From contig CM052818.1 of assembly GCA_028534125.1 (NCBI GenBank), positions 29,948,001 through 30,012,000 of the forward strand: a DNA stretch of 64,000 bases. Direction: 5' to 3'. The notes beneath the pieces were generated by a model. That model worked only from the letters and a program-made list of their open reading frames with translations. It searched no databases and had not been told where the DNA came from. Shown piece after piece: positions 37,143-51,140 of the stretch. Source of the DNA: Lama glama (taxonomy: Eukaryota). Made by a program: the position numbers and the translations under genes. Position 1 is the first letter of the stretch, and each line of letters begins with the position of its first letter.

Positions 37143-40100
37143 TGGTCTCTTTCATGGGGCTGCATTCAGGACAAATAACAGCTCTAACAAAAATGATTTC
37201 TAAGACACCCCTTTAAAAGAGTATTTCCAAAAGATTATGACTAACATTCCAGGGTAAGCGCCTGGCTCTAAGGGTGGCATGCAGGGTAAGTGCCTTACTC
37301 TAGGCACAGAAATGAATATATGGACAATAAAGATATCTTGCCAAAAAACATAGAAGATCTGGTAATAGAAAGAAGACACAAAAGCAACAATGCCACAGAC
37401 ATTTTTCTTAAAGTACATACTGAATACATATTATTTATATTCAAATTGCTTGCAGATTTATTTTTACTTTAAGTCTCTACTAATCTACCTAATATAGGAA
37501 AGGGAAATTTTTTCAGTATGGGAAAGATGACTAACAAAATGTATAGGAAAATAAAGTTTAGTCAGTATTAATAAATGCTGAATATTTTCAAAAGCATAAT
37601 CTTCTTTCGGATCTATATTGGATATCAGAAGAAATGCATGCCTTATAATGATTTTTTTTGGTAGTTAAACAGTTGTGACTACAAGATTACATAGAAAATA
37701 AAAACTACATAGAAAAAGTATCTTTTTTTTTCTGATATTCTTCAGCATGTTTTGACTTTATTTCTCTGATGAACTCCAGTAATACAAAATGAGAAATACT
37801 CATCTAAAGTATAAAAACTCAGCTCAATCTAGTAAAGTACTATTTGTTTATGGAATGGCTATATGAGTGGACTAAAAAACTAATGTGAAAATTTTATAAA
37901 TAAATTATTCAAAGATTTAATTTTCAATTACAGAATTTATCCATCCTTATTTTGTATAACTTGAAATATAAAATCATCCTATATTTCATGGAAATATCAC
38001 ATGGAAACAAAGCAATCAGAGATCCTTAAATTATTTATCTGTAAACTATAAATCCTTTCAAGTAATCGAACACTAAAACAATCCATAATTATTTGCAATC
38101 AATATCCCTAAAAGTTGCATGTTAAGTGTACGTATCTTAAAAGATAATCATGTAATAAATATATTTTGCCTGGTAGACTAATTTATTCAAAAAACAGCTC
38201 AATTTTTTAGTACTGATCTAATAATTTGACTTTTATACTTATCCTTCCTAACTTTAAAATATATTTTCTTCTCTAGCAGATCAACAGTTGTAGATATTGT
38301 ACTTAAAACAATATACAGCTTTTTTAAGCTGAAATAAACATTGGTTATAGTAAAGTGAGAGAAATTTTTTCACCTAGAATCTTAAATTCTCTCTAAAATG
38401 TAACTCAATAAATAAACCAAGAACTATTCTTTGATACTATATATTTAAAAATAAAACACAGCTCTGCAATTAAGATTCTTGCAAATGAGATTATTAAAAG
38501 GGTATCTTAAGTGAGCACATATCATCAAGAACATTTGTACATTATAATATGCAATCAGTAATAATTCCATCACATGCAAGTGCTGTAAGGAAAACGTCAG
38601 TGAGTTTTACACAAATACTTTGATAAAAATAACTTCTATATGTAATGATTCATATATAATATTTCATTTCCTTTCATTTTTCCATTATTTTACTTATTGA
38701 ATTCATACTTCTCAACCAAGCCTTAGCCAATAAATTGTTTTGGAGATTCATGTCAACCTTAGAATATGTTAAACTTTGGCTACAGTTGACAATTAAGTCA
38801 GCCAGTAGGACCAAATAATGAAATACATGAAAACCCCATCAAAAGATCAAAGATTTTTGGAAGAATATCAAAGTATGAATGTTTTTTTACACAAGCCTAG
38901 ATGAATTTGCTCTATTCAGCAGGAAGGGGATTCTATTGGGGGTGGGAAATATATACATACACACACACACGTATCTTTTATAGTTTCTCATGTAGACTTA
39001 ATTCAATGATTGTTTTAGCCAATTCCTTTTTTATGCCATTAATTTACCATATAAGCATCTAGTTTGCATAATATTTAACAATGTCATGGCAATATAACTG
39101 GCATAAATAAATTTGGAAATAAATGTAACTAACTCTTAGGCTTACAATTTAATTAATGGGAAAAGAAATATTTATATGGCACAAGTCAAGTTGTTTATAG
39201 ATAGAGAGTTATAGTTCATTTGGCAGGTTGGCTAGGTAGAATTTTAATAAGAAGTTTTATACTGTAATCAGACTACAACGTGAGAAGTGGAAATATAAGC
39301 ATCAGGTATACTGGTAACTAATGGAAAGGGAAGGACCACTCTACTTTGGGTAATCAAAGAAGGTGCGTTAAGTGTTGCATATATTCTACCCTTACAAATC
39401 TGTATAAATCAAATCAATTGGAAACCCATCTAAATTTTAATCTAAGCAACCTCTCTTTCCCTTGTAAAGTTTACCCGTATAACTATTTAAGAGACAGAGT
39501 AATGTATTCTAAACCAAAAATATTTCTACCTAGGATATTTTGACAGCTATGAGAATTCTAGTTAAAAGGATCTAGTATTTGTTGATGAGCACTTATGTGT
39601 GCCAGATACTCTGAGTGGCCACTAACATGCTCAAAATTTTGGTACTCTGTACTCTTTTACCAAGAATGAAATGGCAGGCAGTATCTCATTTTTGAATCAT
39701 AAATAGAAGTAAAATATATTAAATATAGACAAGTGTTTCAGATTTTATCTGTACTCCTCATATAATTTTTAAGAAAACTGGGACCATGTCATAACACAAT
39801 TGGGGATTAAAAATCAAGTGACATGCAACTCTATTTAGCAGAAGAACCTTGTAAAACTTTCACCCATTTCTGGCAGACTATTTATTACAACAGTGCAAAG
39901 AAATGACAATATAACTCAAAAGTTTCAAATGAACTATTACCAAGAAAACTATAAATAAGGATATAAAGTTAAGAACTACGTGTTATGACAGCTCAATAAT
40001 TTCAATTTATTTGTTTCTGAGGCAATGTGTATCAACAGAACAAGCAAAAGAACTGCTTTCATAAATGATGACAAAATTACATATTTTCCATTGATATAGC

Positions 40101-41458
40101 ACTGTATTTTTGTGTTACAACACTAATACAATTTCTAAGCCCTTAGAGGACAACAGGCACTCTTGAATTTCTTGTGCTGAGGTCTGGAAAGATAGCTATA
40201 GTTCCAACTGTACGTTTACTCTGAAGTAACTTTAGAAATAATTTCTGGATTTAAAGAGTATGGTCATACTTAAGACACTGGCCATAATGATAAAATTAAC
40301 TTTATTCTCTCAAAATTTTACTTAAATGCTGACTTTCTGAGGAATATAACCTAAGATCAAAGAACTTTAAACCCACAAAATCCAGTGTGAGGAAAATCAG
40401 ATGGTATAACAATCTTGCAATAGTGGGTTTTGTCACATTACAGATAGTTATGGAACTACCAAACAAATACTATGAAAATGAAGAAATTTAATACTAATAT
40501 AAGCCATCATTTAGCTAAGGTAAAGCCAAATTAGTTGATACTTTATAATGTTCCCAATAGAAAAGTTCTATGCCTGTTTCTGTCTCATTTCTACCTTCCT
40601 CTAACATATCACGTTTATTCATTTCTCTTTTCCACACTCAAAAAACCTATTTATATCTTTCTTTAAAATTTGAAAATATGTGTTTAGCAATGGTCATACT
40701 ACTGCTAAACTTGGGCACTGAATAAATTTCTCTGGATTTCATTTGTTTCTTCCTAATCTGACACTATGAAACCAGTATGAAAAAGGTAAAGACTTTATTA
40801 CATTTTGATAAAGGATTTTTAGCATGCTCCACTAAATTAATGGCAAGTAATTTAATGTGCTCAGTGGTACTATTTTCTGAAAACAGGAACACAGCACTTC
40901 CCAAAATTGGAGTGAGATGAGAGGGAGGGACTTTAAATTAATATTTTACTGGTTAATTCTCACATTTATGTAATTTTACAAAGCATTTACAGCAATGAAA
41001 TGAGATCTCCATCGAGTGGCCAGCAAGGAAACTGAAGGCTTATGCAATAGCATACATGTAACTGACAGCTGCTTCAGGAAAAATACTTGTTCACAAAGCA
41101 GAACAAAAACATGGCTATGACAAATGGAAGTCAGAATGTTACAAGAGAGAAATTAAAACGAACACATCCTTTATACAAGGATTTTCCTATCTATCTAAGA
41201 AATCTCTCATGAAAATAACCACTTTCTCTCTTCAAGGGTTTTTAATCATTCCTTTTGAGAATGATACTAGAGATAAAACGGCCTAATACAAACATACAGT
41301 TTGTATCACTTATTTGTTTCAGTCACTTACTTTGAAGCTGTGGCTTCAAACTTACTGATTTACAATTTTTCTAACAAATCTCTTATAGACTTAGTTTACT
41401 GAATTAAATTTCTTTGAAGAAAAATCCAAGTTATTTTAAAATTACAGTTTGTTACATA

Positions 41459-43952
41459 TAGTTGGCCAACACAGAGTTATGCTGCTGAGCACTGTCTGCC
41501 TCATATCTCACTCAGTGGCTACATGTGTTGTATACACCTTTGTTTTGGTGGCGGGGGGTGTTCCTAAAGAGCAATTAAGAGGTCAAAGCAACCCCTCAAA
41601 GGCTAAGAGGGAATGTAAAGTGCTATCTCTTGAGAAAATAAAAATCTTAGATCATGTGAAAAGTGGCAAGTTGCCTGCCAAAGTGGGCTTACTGGTAAGG
41701 CTGATAAGAATAAATCGAACATTTGCACAATAAAGCAGAAAGAAGCTGAAATTTGTGGAAGTGTTAATGCTGCCCCTACAATGGCAAAAATGATCTCTCT
41801 GGTTCCTGATACACTGCCTGCAAAGATGGAGAAAGCATCAAGCATGTGACTAGAGGACACATCACAAAAGCATAACCTTGTTGATGGCAAGACAATGTGT
41901 GAAAAAGCACTTAGCCTCTTTGAGCACTGCCGTGAGGGGTTTGAGGAAAGTGAGAGGGACTCTAAGGCTGTAAAGGATGGCTAGTTAGCTATGAAAAGAG
42001 CAGAGCTTCAAGAACTTAAAGATCACAGGAGAATCAGCATCAGCTGATGCTGACACAGCATCAGCATCCCCAGAGGGCTTAAGAAACTCAATAGAAAGGC
42101 CACATATCAGAGCAAGTCTTCAATTGTGATTTAAAAAAAAAAAAAAAAAGCTTCTTCTGGAAGAAGATGCTGAACCGTACATACAGCCAAGAGTACCAAG
42201 CAGGCCGTGGGGCTCAAGGCCTAGAAAGAGATTCCCTTACTACGGTGCTGTGCGGCAACACAGCAGGTCACATGATCAAGCTGGGCCTCATCTGTGAAGC
42301 AAACAATCCCGAGGATCTTAAAGACAAAACCAATAATCGCCTGGCTGTGTGTTGGCAACACAAGAAGGTTTGAGTGACAGCCATCTTGTTGTTGAGATGG
42401 TTTCGTTAGGGCTTCATTCCTAAGTAAAGAAACACCTCAAAAAGAAGGGGCTGCCAATAAAGGTCCTCATAACTGACAATGCTCCCAGCCATCCCCAATG
42501 TCTCTGCTTCACCAAGGAGAATGGAAGTGAGGTTCCTGCCTCCTAACACTACGTCACTGCTACAGCCACTTAATCAAGGCATCATTAAGTGCACTGAAGT
42601 GACCTACACCCACCTCACCTTCAGGAGGATTCCTGCTGTCCTTGATGTTAACCCTGATTGGAACATCATGGACTTACGGAAAAGCTTCACAAATGTAGAT
42701 GCTGCAGATGCCCTAAAAGCCCAAGACAGTCAGTGCATGTTGGAAGCCATATGGAGTGAGCTTGTGACTGATTCCCCACTATTGATGCAGAAGTCAGGAA
42801 TATCTTGAATGTTGCAAGTGAGGTTGATGGAGAAGGCTTCTCTAACATGATTTGAGAACGACAACAGGAAACACATAGAAGAGCATAAAGAAAGCTTAAC
42901 CAACAAGGAACTCAAAGATCTGCTGACATCCTTGACAGATGATGATGCAGAAGATCCAGAGGAGGCACAGCTATCAGTTTGGACACTTGAAACTTTGCAG
43001 CAGTTTTTGAAAAGGTGGAAGTGTTAAAGGATACGATCCTTGAGTACATCCTTCAGTGGAAGGATGCCTCTGTGTCACCTGAGGGATAACAACATGCCTA
43101 CAACCACTGTAAGATTTGTTTGATGATGCAAAGGAAATAAGAAACAGCTTCCTATAGCAATGTTTCAACTAAAGCATCTGCAAACGTGAATCCTTGATCT
43201 TCAACACTTGAAGATCCCCAGCTCTCAGACTCTACAGATTAAGACTTTACTATTATTGGGCCTCCTCCAAAGTGTGAGCGTCTGCAATTGGAACTGGTTT
43301 TCCTACATAGATGACCCCTCTGATGTCCTGTCAGAAGTTTCAAGTTAGCCTGTTGTCTCACCACTTACCTACAATGCCACACATCTTGTCATCTCACCAC
43401 ATCGGCAATGTAGGCACCATATAGCCATCACCACCATAATCCCCATACGAGGGTTATCAAGAGAGAAGAACCAGGGTTTTGGTGATTGTTAACACAGTAT
43501 GTGTGTGAGAGAGAAAGAGAATAAAGTTATATTTTCTCTGTTTACAATTATATTTTCCATATGTATTTGTATTTTAAATATTCTGTGTTTTATTCTTTGT
43601 ATTTCTCTTTCATTAAATGAAAGCAATCTGTAAGTGCTAAAGCAAAGAAAATGGTACACCGTGCTGGCATGTGCTATGTAGTTAGTCCTATCATGATGGC
43701 TGCTCATGTACTGAAGACGTACATTTTTTTCTTGTCATTATTCCCTAAACAATACAGCATAACAACTATTTACATAACATTTACATTGTACTAGGTATTA
43801 TAAGTAATCTAGAGTTGATTTAGAGTACACAAGAGGGTGTGCACAGGTTATATGCAAATACTACATACACCATTTTTTGTACTCAACTTGAGCAACTGAA
43901 GGTTTTGGTACTGGCAGAGGGTCCTGGAACCAATCTCCCAAGGAGATTACTA
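41459..43952 (+). mobile_element. Near full-length pogo/Tigger DNA transposon fossil with MER2-type termini
   Basis: CENP-B-like HTH (KVLSLEKIKILD), EQVFNCD, VLCGNTAG, TDNAPSHP, FLPPNTTSLLQPLNQGII; many stops and frameshifts; TA-flanked ends. Confidence 0.88.
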
Positions 43953-46371
43953 TATAGCTCTCAAAAGAGCTTATTACATTAGGTTTGTGTTTTTGTATAT
44001 AATCTGCTAGCAATGTAAGCAAAACATCTCTTAAATACAATGTCTCACATGAAAATATTAGCACTGCTCTCACAGTTAAAAACCAACTTGCTGGATAGTC
44101 TATAAAACAGTCTATTCTGTAAAAATGTCAATATCGTGTAAGGCAAAGAAAAGCTGAGAACTGTTCTAGATTAAAGGAGAACAAAGATGATAATTAAGTG
44201 AAGTAAAAGATTCTAGACTGGAGGCTTTACCTTATCCCAACACCCTTCCCCTACATGGCCAAAACTAATATTCTACAGACCAATGACAAAATTGGAAAGT
44301 GAACTTTAGACTAATTTTCTAAAATAAGAATTTTACTAAGTTCAAGGAAGACTCTGACTAGGTAATTTGTTCAGATTTAAAATGTTTTAAAAATTAACAT
44401 ATTCACTAATATAGTATTAAGCTACATTTTCTGTATATATAATTTGTATCTAGAATATTCTAAATGGGCTTAACTACTGTACCTCGCTTCTCACAAACTA
44501 TGCATCAGAATATATCTGAAACCACAGAAAAATTTTCTCTGATCATTGAAGACATCATTTAAGAGGTATGCTGCCAGTTATCTGACTAAGTCAATTACTT
44601 TATATTAATTTATCTTAATTTAAAATCTTATTTCAAAATAATTTTTGTAACCACATTTGAATATAAATGTATCGGTTATAATTATACCACTGGACAATGT
44701 ATCAGATTCAAGCATATAAACCTAAACCTTGGGCAAAGAAATTTCTTTATTCTAGGAAAACAGTCACAAAGGAAAGGTAAACTCTGGTCTGTCACATTAA
44801 ATTGTAAAATAGTTTCAAGATGCAATATCTAAGCCTGTGCAATACATATAGTTACCAGAATCACAGCTTATTTATTAACATACACACTCACCAGAAAGTG
44901 TACCTACTTCAATAGATTATTTTAAATGATAAAAGTAAGTAATATCAGATTTCCTTTTTGACCCTGAGCCATAAAGATAAAAGCTCAGTGCTGCACAAAG
45001 ATTGAATTTCAAAACAAGACAGAAATTTAAAAATATTTGAGAGGTCATATAGTTTGAAAGTAAAAGGATTAAGAATATTTTAATAATGTGGAAGGAGAAA
45101 AAGAGAAATCTTATCTTATTCTGTGCAATTTTTCTATACAATTTAATATTAAATCTCGGTACTGATCAGAAATATTTAAGTGTTTACAGCTCCAAATATT
45201 TTACTTAATCAAGAAATATATTGCATATTTAACATCCAATTTTTAAAAAGACAAATCTGATGTATTAAACAGGTCAGTCTAAAAGAAATCAATTTAAATA
45301 ATGTAACATCTCAACATTTTTGTGAAGAAATTTGAGGTAGGCTGGGAAATGGTGTGTCTTAAAGCACAATAATCTCCATATAAAGGAGAAATATAGGGGT
45401 AGTAATCCCTTTTCAAATACAAGTATGTACTCCATCCATCCAACGTGAATTTAAATTGCTACCAAGCATCAAAACAGAATACTTCAAGATTCACTGCTAT
45501 TGCTTTCCTGAGTCTTCCTTAATAATCTACTTAAATGTGTATCTATTTTCATGAATAAGAATATGAATCAAAGCAGAGTTAAGAAGAACAGATAGTTTAA
45601 ATTTACAAAGTGGATAAATAAAAAAGCTAAAGGTCCCAGCTAAAAGGAGTAGATGTTAACTGCTGGTTTTTCTTGGCAATACCTGTATGTCACTGGGTGT
45701 CTAAATAAGACATAAACTTTCTATTCTTTTTTAGGAAAAGAATATACATTTCTTGGAAGATAATTCCACAACTAAAGAAATAATAAACAAGCTTCAATCA
45801 ATAATCACTTGAATATTGGCAAAATAAGTACCTCTGGTACATTTATTATTGAATTTATAAAATCTAATACCCTTATTGTCAAGTACCTATGGACTTGAAA
45901 AATTTATCTTTCCACCTTTTTTTGAATTACTACTGCCTGAAATTCCAGTGTTTGAGAAAAATATTAAAAATACAAAGAAATTCAATTAACCATATTCAGA
46001 TAAGAATACTGTCATGAAGCTGCTAGCCTCTGCCCTATCATTTTCAGTTTCAAATAAAAGAAAAAAATGTACTTTCATGGTGAAAACAAAGCAATAATAA
46101 CAACTTTAATTCTATGTAATAGAACACATGACTACACAGTAACAAATGAGAGGCCCTCCCAAAACAACTAAATATTTCCAGAATAATTTTTAAGAAATAA
46201 ATACATTAAACTCATACCTACAAATATATATAGGTGTACATATATATATATGAAGAATAATACCAAATATTTCAATTGAACCACATCATTTAAACTGATG
46301 ATGATAAAATAAGTAAACAAAAGTATTCATCCATTAAGATATTTTAGAGGAATAGTTGCAATGTGATTTAC

Positions 46372-46540
46372 CTGAATCATTTCGTAGATACGATGACATG
46401 GCTGGGATGAGACAGGACTGACTGAGAAGCTCTAGAAGGACAGAAGGGAGGGCATTACTGTTCTGTCCTCTACTCTCGTGAGACGACTGAGTTTCTCCAT
46501 TTATAGCACCACTCGCAGGATTTATATAACTTGCAAGAAC
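46372..46540 (-). CDS. BIRC6: BIRC6 coding exon (approx. exon 65)
   Basis: tttttag|GTT...TCAG|gtaaat; 169 nt; VLASYINPASGAINGETQSSHESRGQNSNALPSVLLELLSQSCLIPAMSSYLRNDS. Confidence 0.96.
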
Positions 46541-47422
46541 CTAAAAATAAAATTTGCTGGATTTAAATTGGATTTTAGCTTCACATATTTTAAAAGCCCA
46601 TAGTTCATGTTACATATTCAATTTGAATACCAAGAGTATGTATTTTCAACTCAATCAATGCCTCATACTACGTGTTTTAAAAATAAGATATTTTTTCTTC
46701 AGATTTTCAAGAAGATGTGTTCTGCATAATCATGCACAGTACATGACTAGATATATAGAAGCAATCCACCTAAGAACGGGAACTTAAAAGCTTAGTAACT
46801 CTGAGATTGTTTCTTTTATTGAATAGACTCAGTTTATAGTTTCAGGGTGATGAAATCTTAGAATTTTATACTAGAACTAGGCTATCATTCTAGAATTGTA
46901 AAATATAATGCTCAAAGACCTGACCAAAACTCAAAAAAAAAAAAAAAAAGGCAACTAATTTCAATTAGTTGATGCAAGAACTAAAGCTAATCTTTAAGAA
47001 CCTCCTCTTCTCATTTATGTGGTATTAAGGACTTTCTATATTAGTTCACCTTGCCTGATTCTAGAAACTTAATTGAACAATGTGAGAAACAAAGATACAA
47101 ACAGATAATTTTCTTCAAAGAAAGAGTCCATATAGAGCCCTTGTGAAGTTGACCAGAAGAAGACAGAGATGGTATATTTTTCAGTTACTGAATAATTTCA
47201 TCCATGTCACTTCCCTCTCAGTGAAGAAACTAATTGAGAGGGAAGAATTTGGAGTTACAAGCAGGCAAGAGTAGTCTTAAATGCACTGAGAGCAGGGAGC
47301 ACAATGGGCTTTATAAAAGTAGCTAAGGATGAGTCAGGCAGTCAACAATACTTAAAAATTAATACAAATACAAAAAAATTATTTAACTATTATCACTGAC
47401 AATATCAACTGTGTAAACATAC

Positions 47423-47587
47423 CTGCAAAAGACAAGTAACATGCTCCTCTTCCAGCCTCTGTTTAGTTAAGGCTTGCTCTACATCCCATCCAGAAGCTGT
47501 AGAGCCTGTTCCAAAGCCAGTCCCTTTAGCCCAATAGAGCTGCTGTTCTTCTGTTGATGTAGCATTATGAGAGCTTGATACCTGTGG
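47423..47587 (-). CDS. BIRC6: BIRC6 coding exon (approx. exon 64)
   Basis: ttattgtaag|CCA...CAG|gtatgt; 165 nt; PQVSSSHNATSTEEQQLYWAKGTGFGTGSTASGWDVEQALTKQRLEEEHVTCLLQ. Confidence 0.94.
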
Positions 47588-47669
47588 CTTACAATAAAAA
47601 ATGAAAATTTATTACTATTTGGTTTTATCCTCAAAAATACCAGTAGGATTTCAACTATTTAGCTGCTAC

Positions 47670-48100
47670 AGAAAACAGATGGAGATTCCTTTAAAAATTA
47701 AACAAAAAACTACAATGTGACCCAGCAATTCCATTCCTAGGTATATATCCAAAGAAATAAAAACTGATACTCAAATACAGGTATACTCATATTCATAGGA
47801 AGACCACTCACAACAGCCAAAAGGTCAGCCCAAAAGCCCATTAAATGGCTAAATGGATAAATAAATTGTAGTAAATACATACAATGGAATATTATTCAGC
47901 CATAAGAAGTAATGAAGTACTGACTGGATGAACCTCAAAAACATTATGCTAAGTCAAATAAGACAGACAAAAGGTAACACAGTATGTGATTCTATTTATA
48001 CGAAATACCCAGAATAGGTAAATTATATATAGAGACAGAATGCTGACTGGTAGTTGTCAACAGTTAGGGGAAGGGGAAAATGGGGAACAAATGCTTATAT
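47670..48100 (+). mobile_element. L1MB-type 3' fragment
   Basis: tgacccagcaattccattcctaggtatatatccaaagaa...caatggaatattattcagccataa...ggatgaacctcaaaaacattatgctaagt. Confidence 0.85.
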
Positions 48101-48804
48101 TTAAGTATAAATAAATGAAATTTTAAAGTATTTATCAGGAATAGATGGGGTAAACCATATTAGGCTGTAAAGAGTCAATGACTCAAAAAGGAAAGGAACA
48201 GAAACAGTGAAAAGAATAGAAATATGAACCAGATCTTTTAGGATGAATCTATAATGATGTCATATGTTTTCAATCACAGCAAGATTCCTTCTATGTCTAG
48301 AAATAATTCTCAACTTCTTTCTTGTTCAGAATGTGATGTGCAGGTAAATTTCTTTTGGGAATAGAGAACATACTAAAAACATGAATGCTGTACAGACAGA
48401 AAAAAATGAGAACCACTGGTTTATTAATGTAACCTCAAACTCTGCAAAGGTCAATTCTTACCATGATTTCTATGGACTATAAAATTAATTCTGTAACAAG
48501 AATCCTCCTTTAATGAACTGTCATTAAATTAACATACTATGTACCCTCAAAACATTGATATTTAAGTATTAATTTAATGGGTAATTTGCAAACATTTTAA
48601 TGGAAATATTTTCTAAGGAATAGTATTATATACAAATAATACTTTCATAAATTGATTTGAAATAGAGTTTTATCAATCTATGACTGAGGAATTCCATCTT
48701 TCAGTTTATAAGATAAACTGCTACAGAAATCATGAAAATTTCATTACCACATATCTGACAGTAGAATAATTAAGGTTATTGACAAAAACAGCTATTTATT
48801 TAAA

Positions 48805-50595
48805 AAAATTTTTAAATACGAAGTATAACATATTTACAGAAAGGACACAAAACAAATACATAAAGCTTAATGAACTGCAAATAATTTATTTAACCATGCG
48901 GGTCAAGAATTAAATTATTGTATGCAAGAAACTGCCCTCCTCACACCCTCATTCCTCTACAAAGCTAACTATAATCCTGATTTTCATACTCATTATTTCC
49001 TTCCTTCCTTCCTTTTCTTTGTAATTTCACCACCTAAACATGAAACTGTAGTCACTATATTTATTTTAATTTTTGTACATCATATAAATGGAATCATGAT
49101 GTATATATTCTTTTATGTCTAGCATTTTAGTTGTGCTTGTAAAATCCATTAGTCCTATTATCTGTAGTTGGCTGTAGCTGTTTACTTTCATTACCTTATA
49201 GTATTCCATTACTAGTAGACTGCAACTTATTTACCCACTCTGTTGCTCTTACATTATTTATTTACTCATCCTATTGTCTTTATATTACTACAAATGATGA
49301 GAAAACATTTGGTATTATTATTTTTGAAGTATTACACATTCTGATGGATGTGTCCTTAGTGTATTAAAAGTTTTCAGTTGTACTTTTCTGGTAACTAAAT
49401 CAACAGATCACCTTTGTACATTTATTGGATATTTAGGCAGCCTCTTCTGGTGAAGTGCCCACTCTAGCTTTTCATCTAGTATTTTTCTATTTCATTGTTT
49501 GCTTTTTCCTTTTGGAATTTCTGAAGCTCTGTAAATATTCTGGATAACTGATAAGTTCAGATATACACAAATATAGTCTCCCATTCTGTGGCTTCCCCTT
49601 TCACTCTCTTAAATAGTGTTGTTAATGAAAATAAGTTCTTGATTTTAATGTAGTTGCTGTTTTCCACTTTTTCCCCATATGGGCTAGTGCTTTCTTTATA
49701 TCTTGTTCAAGAAATCTTTGTCCATTCTGAGATCATAAAGGTATCTATCTTTTTTGGTAAAATGGTATTGGTATATTTTGTACACATTATATACATTTAG
49801 ATTTATTATCCAGTTAGAATTTTGCATATAGAATACAGTAGGGTCTAAAGATTCATTTTTGTTCCATATGGCTATTTAACTGACCCTACCACCATTAACT
49901 GACAAGACTATACTTACTCCATTATGCTGTAGTCACTGTTGTCATATTACCAGATAACCATGTATATGTGGACTTGAGTCTCTTTTGTTTGCTGGGCTTC
50001 TATCTATCCTTGTACAAATACCATAGCTTAATAGTAAGTTTCAATATGTTGAGAATGCTATATATATTGTTCTTTTTGAAAGTGCCTTGGCTATCCTTGA
50101 CTCTTTTGAGTTTCTGAATAGATTTTGCAATAGACTTGTCAATTTCCTTCAAAATAAACCCAGGATTCCATCAAATTAAAGGAACAGTTTGGGAAGAAAT
50201 ATTAATGAACTGTTGTGTTTTCTACTCCATGAGAGGTAAACATGGACAGAGACTTCAGTTTATTGAATTTATTTTAGTAAGTGTCTTTTAAGAAATTTTT
50301 ATGTATTTTACGAAGAGGTCTTGAACATATTTTTCAGATTTATCATAGATATTTTCCATTTTTTGATGCTATTCTAAAAGACATCTTTAAAAAGCTCATT
50401 TTGTTTGTTGCTGGTATACAGAAATAACTTAATTTTTATATATTAAACCTGCATATCATATTCTCATTAAACTCACTTAAGCCATTAGTTATTTTTGGAA
50501 TTTCTATAAACACAATCAAATTATCTCAAAATGATCAGAGTTAATTTTTCTCTCTTTCTTTTTTCCTTGTCTTACTGTACTGGCTAGAACCTACC
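48805..50595 (-). mobile_element. Old L1ME-type fragment (3' end and ORF2)
   Basis: Reverse L1 text throughout (tataaatggaatcat, cttttcactctctt, tgtttgttgctggtatacagaaata, tactggctagaacct). Confidence 0.75.
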
Positions 50596-50922
50596 ATTCA
50601 ATAGTATGATTCTCTAAAGTTCAAGAAAGGAAGGGAAAAGGGATTAGAGTATAAATTCAGCATACCCTGGTAAATGGAAAAGCTTATCAAGCTATAAAAT
50701 CTATTTTGTTTTTCAAGTAGCTGGGTTAACTTATAGCTTTCTGAAAGAGCCTAACAAAGAAGAGAATAATTAGTTCATTATTTCTCATTTAAATATCCTT
50801 TGTTTTAGTGGCATAAAAAGAACATAGCCTCTGAAGTATTAATTACTTTAGAAATAAGCATATCTGTATTTCATGAATTTGATTTAGTTTTTCATAATTT
50901 AAAGAATTAAAACTTAACCTAC

Positions 50923-51140
50923 CTCTGTTTGATTGAGGCTAGAGTTTGGAACTCGTGGGGCATGGTGGCTTAGAGCAGACAGACAGACAAGAATGAGGTG
51001 TAGTGCTCCAATTTCCAATGCCATCCTCCGTAGAAGCACACCATCATCAGTTGTCAAAGGTGTACTGCTAAACAAGCTACGAAGGACATGGAAAGGAAGG
51101 GTTGGGAGCACATTGGCTGATGGAGATTGCAGGATATGAC
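50923..51140 (-). CDS. BIRC6: BIRC6 coding exon (approx. exon 63)
   Basis: aatctag|GT...GAG|gtaggt; 218 nt; SHILQSPSANVLPTLPFHVLRSLF...NSSLNQTE. Confidence 0.96.

Noticed and set aside
41449..42808. Domesticated TIGD/JRK-like gene
   Set aside because: Multiple stops, frameshifts and damaged catalytic motifs; a transposon fossil
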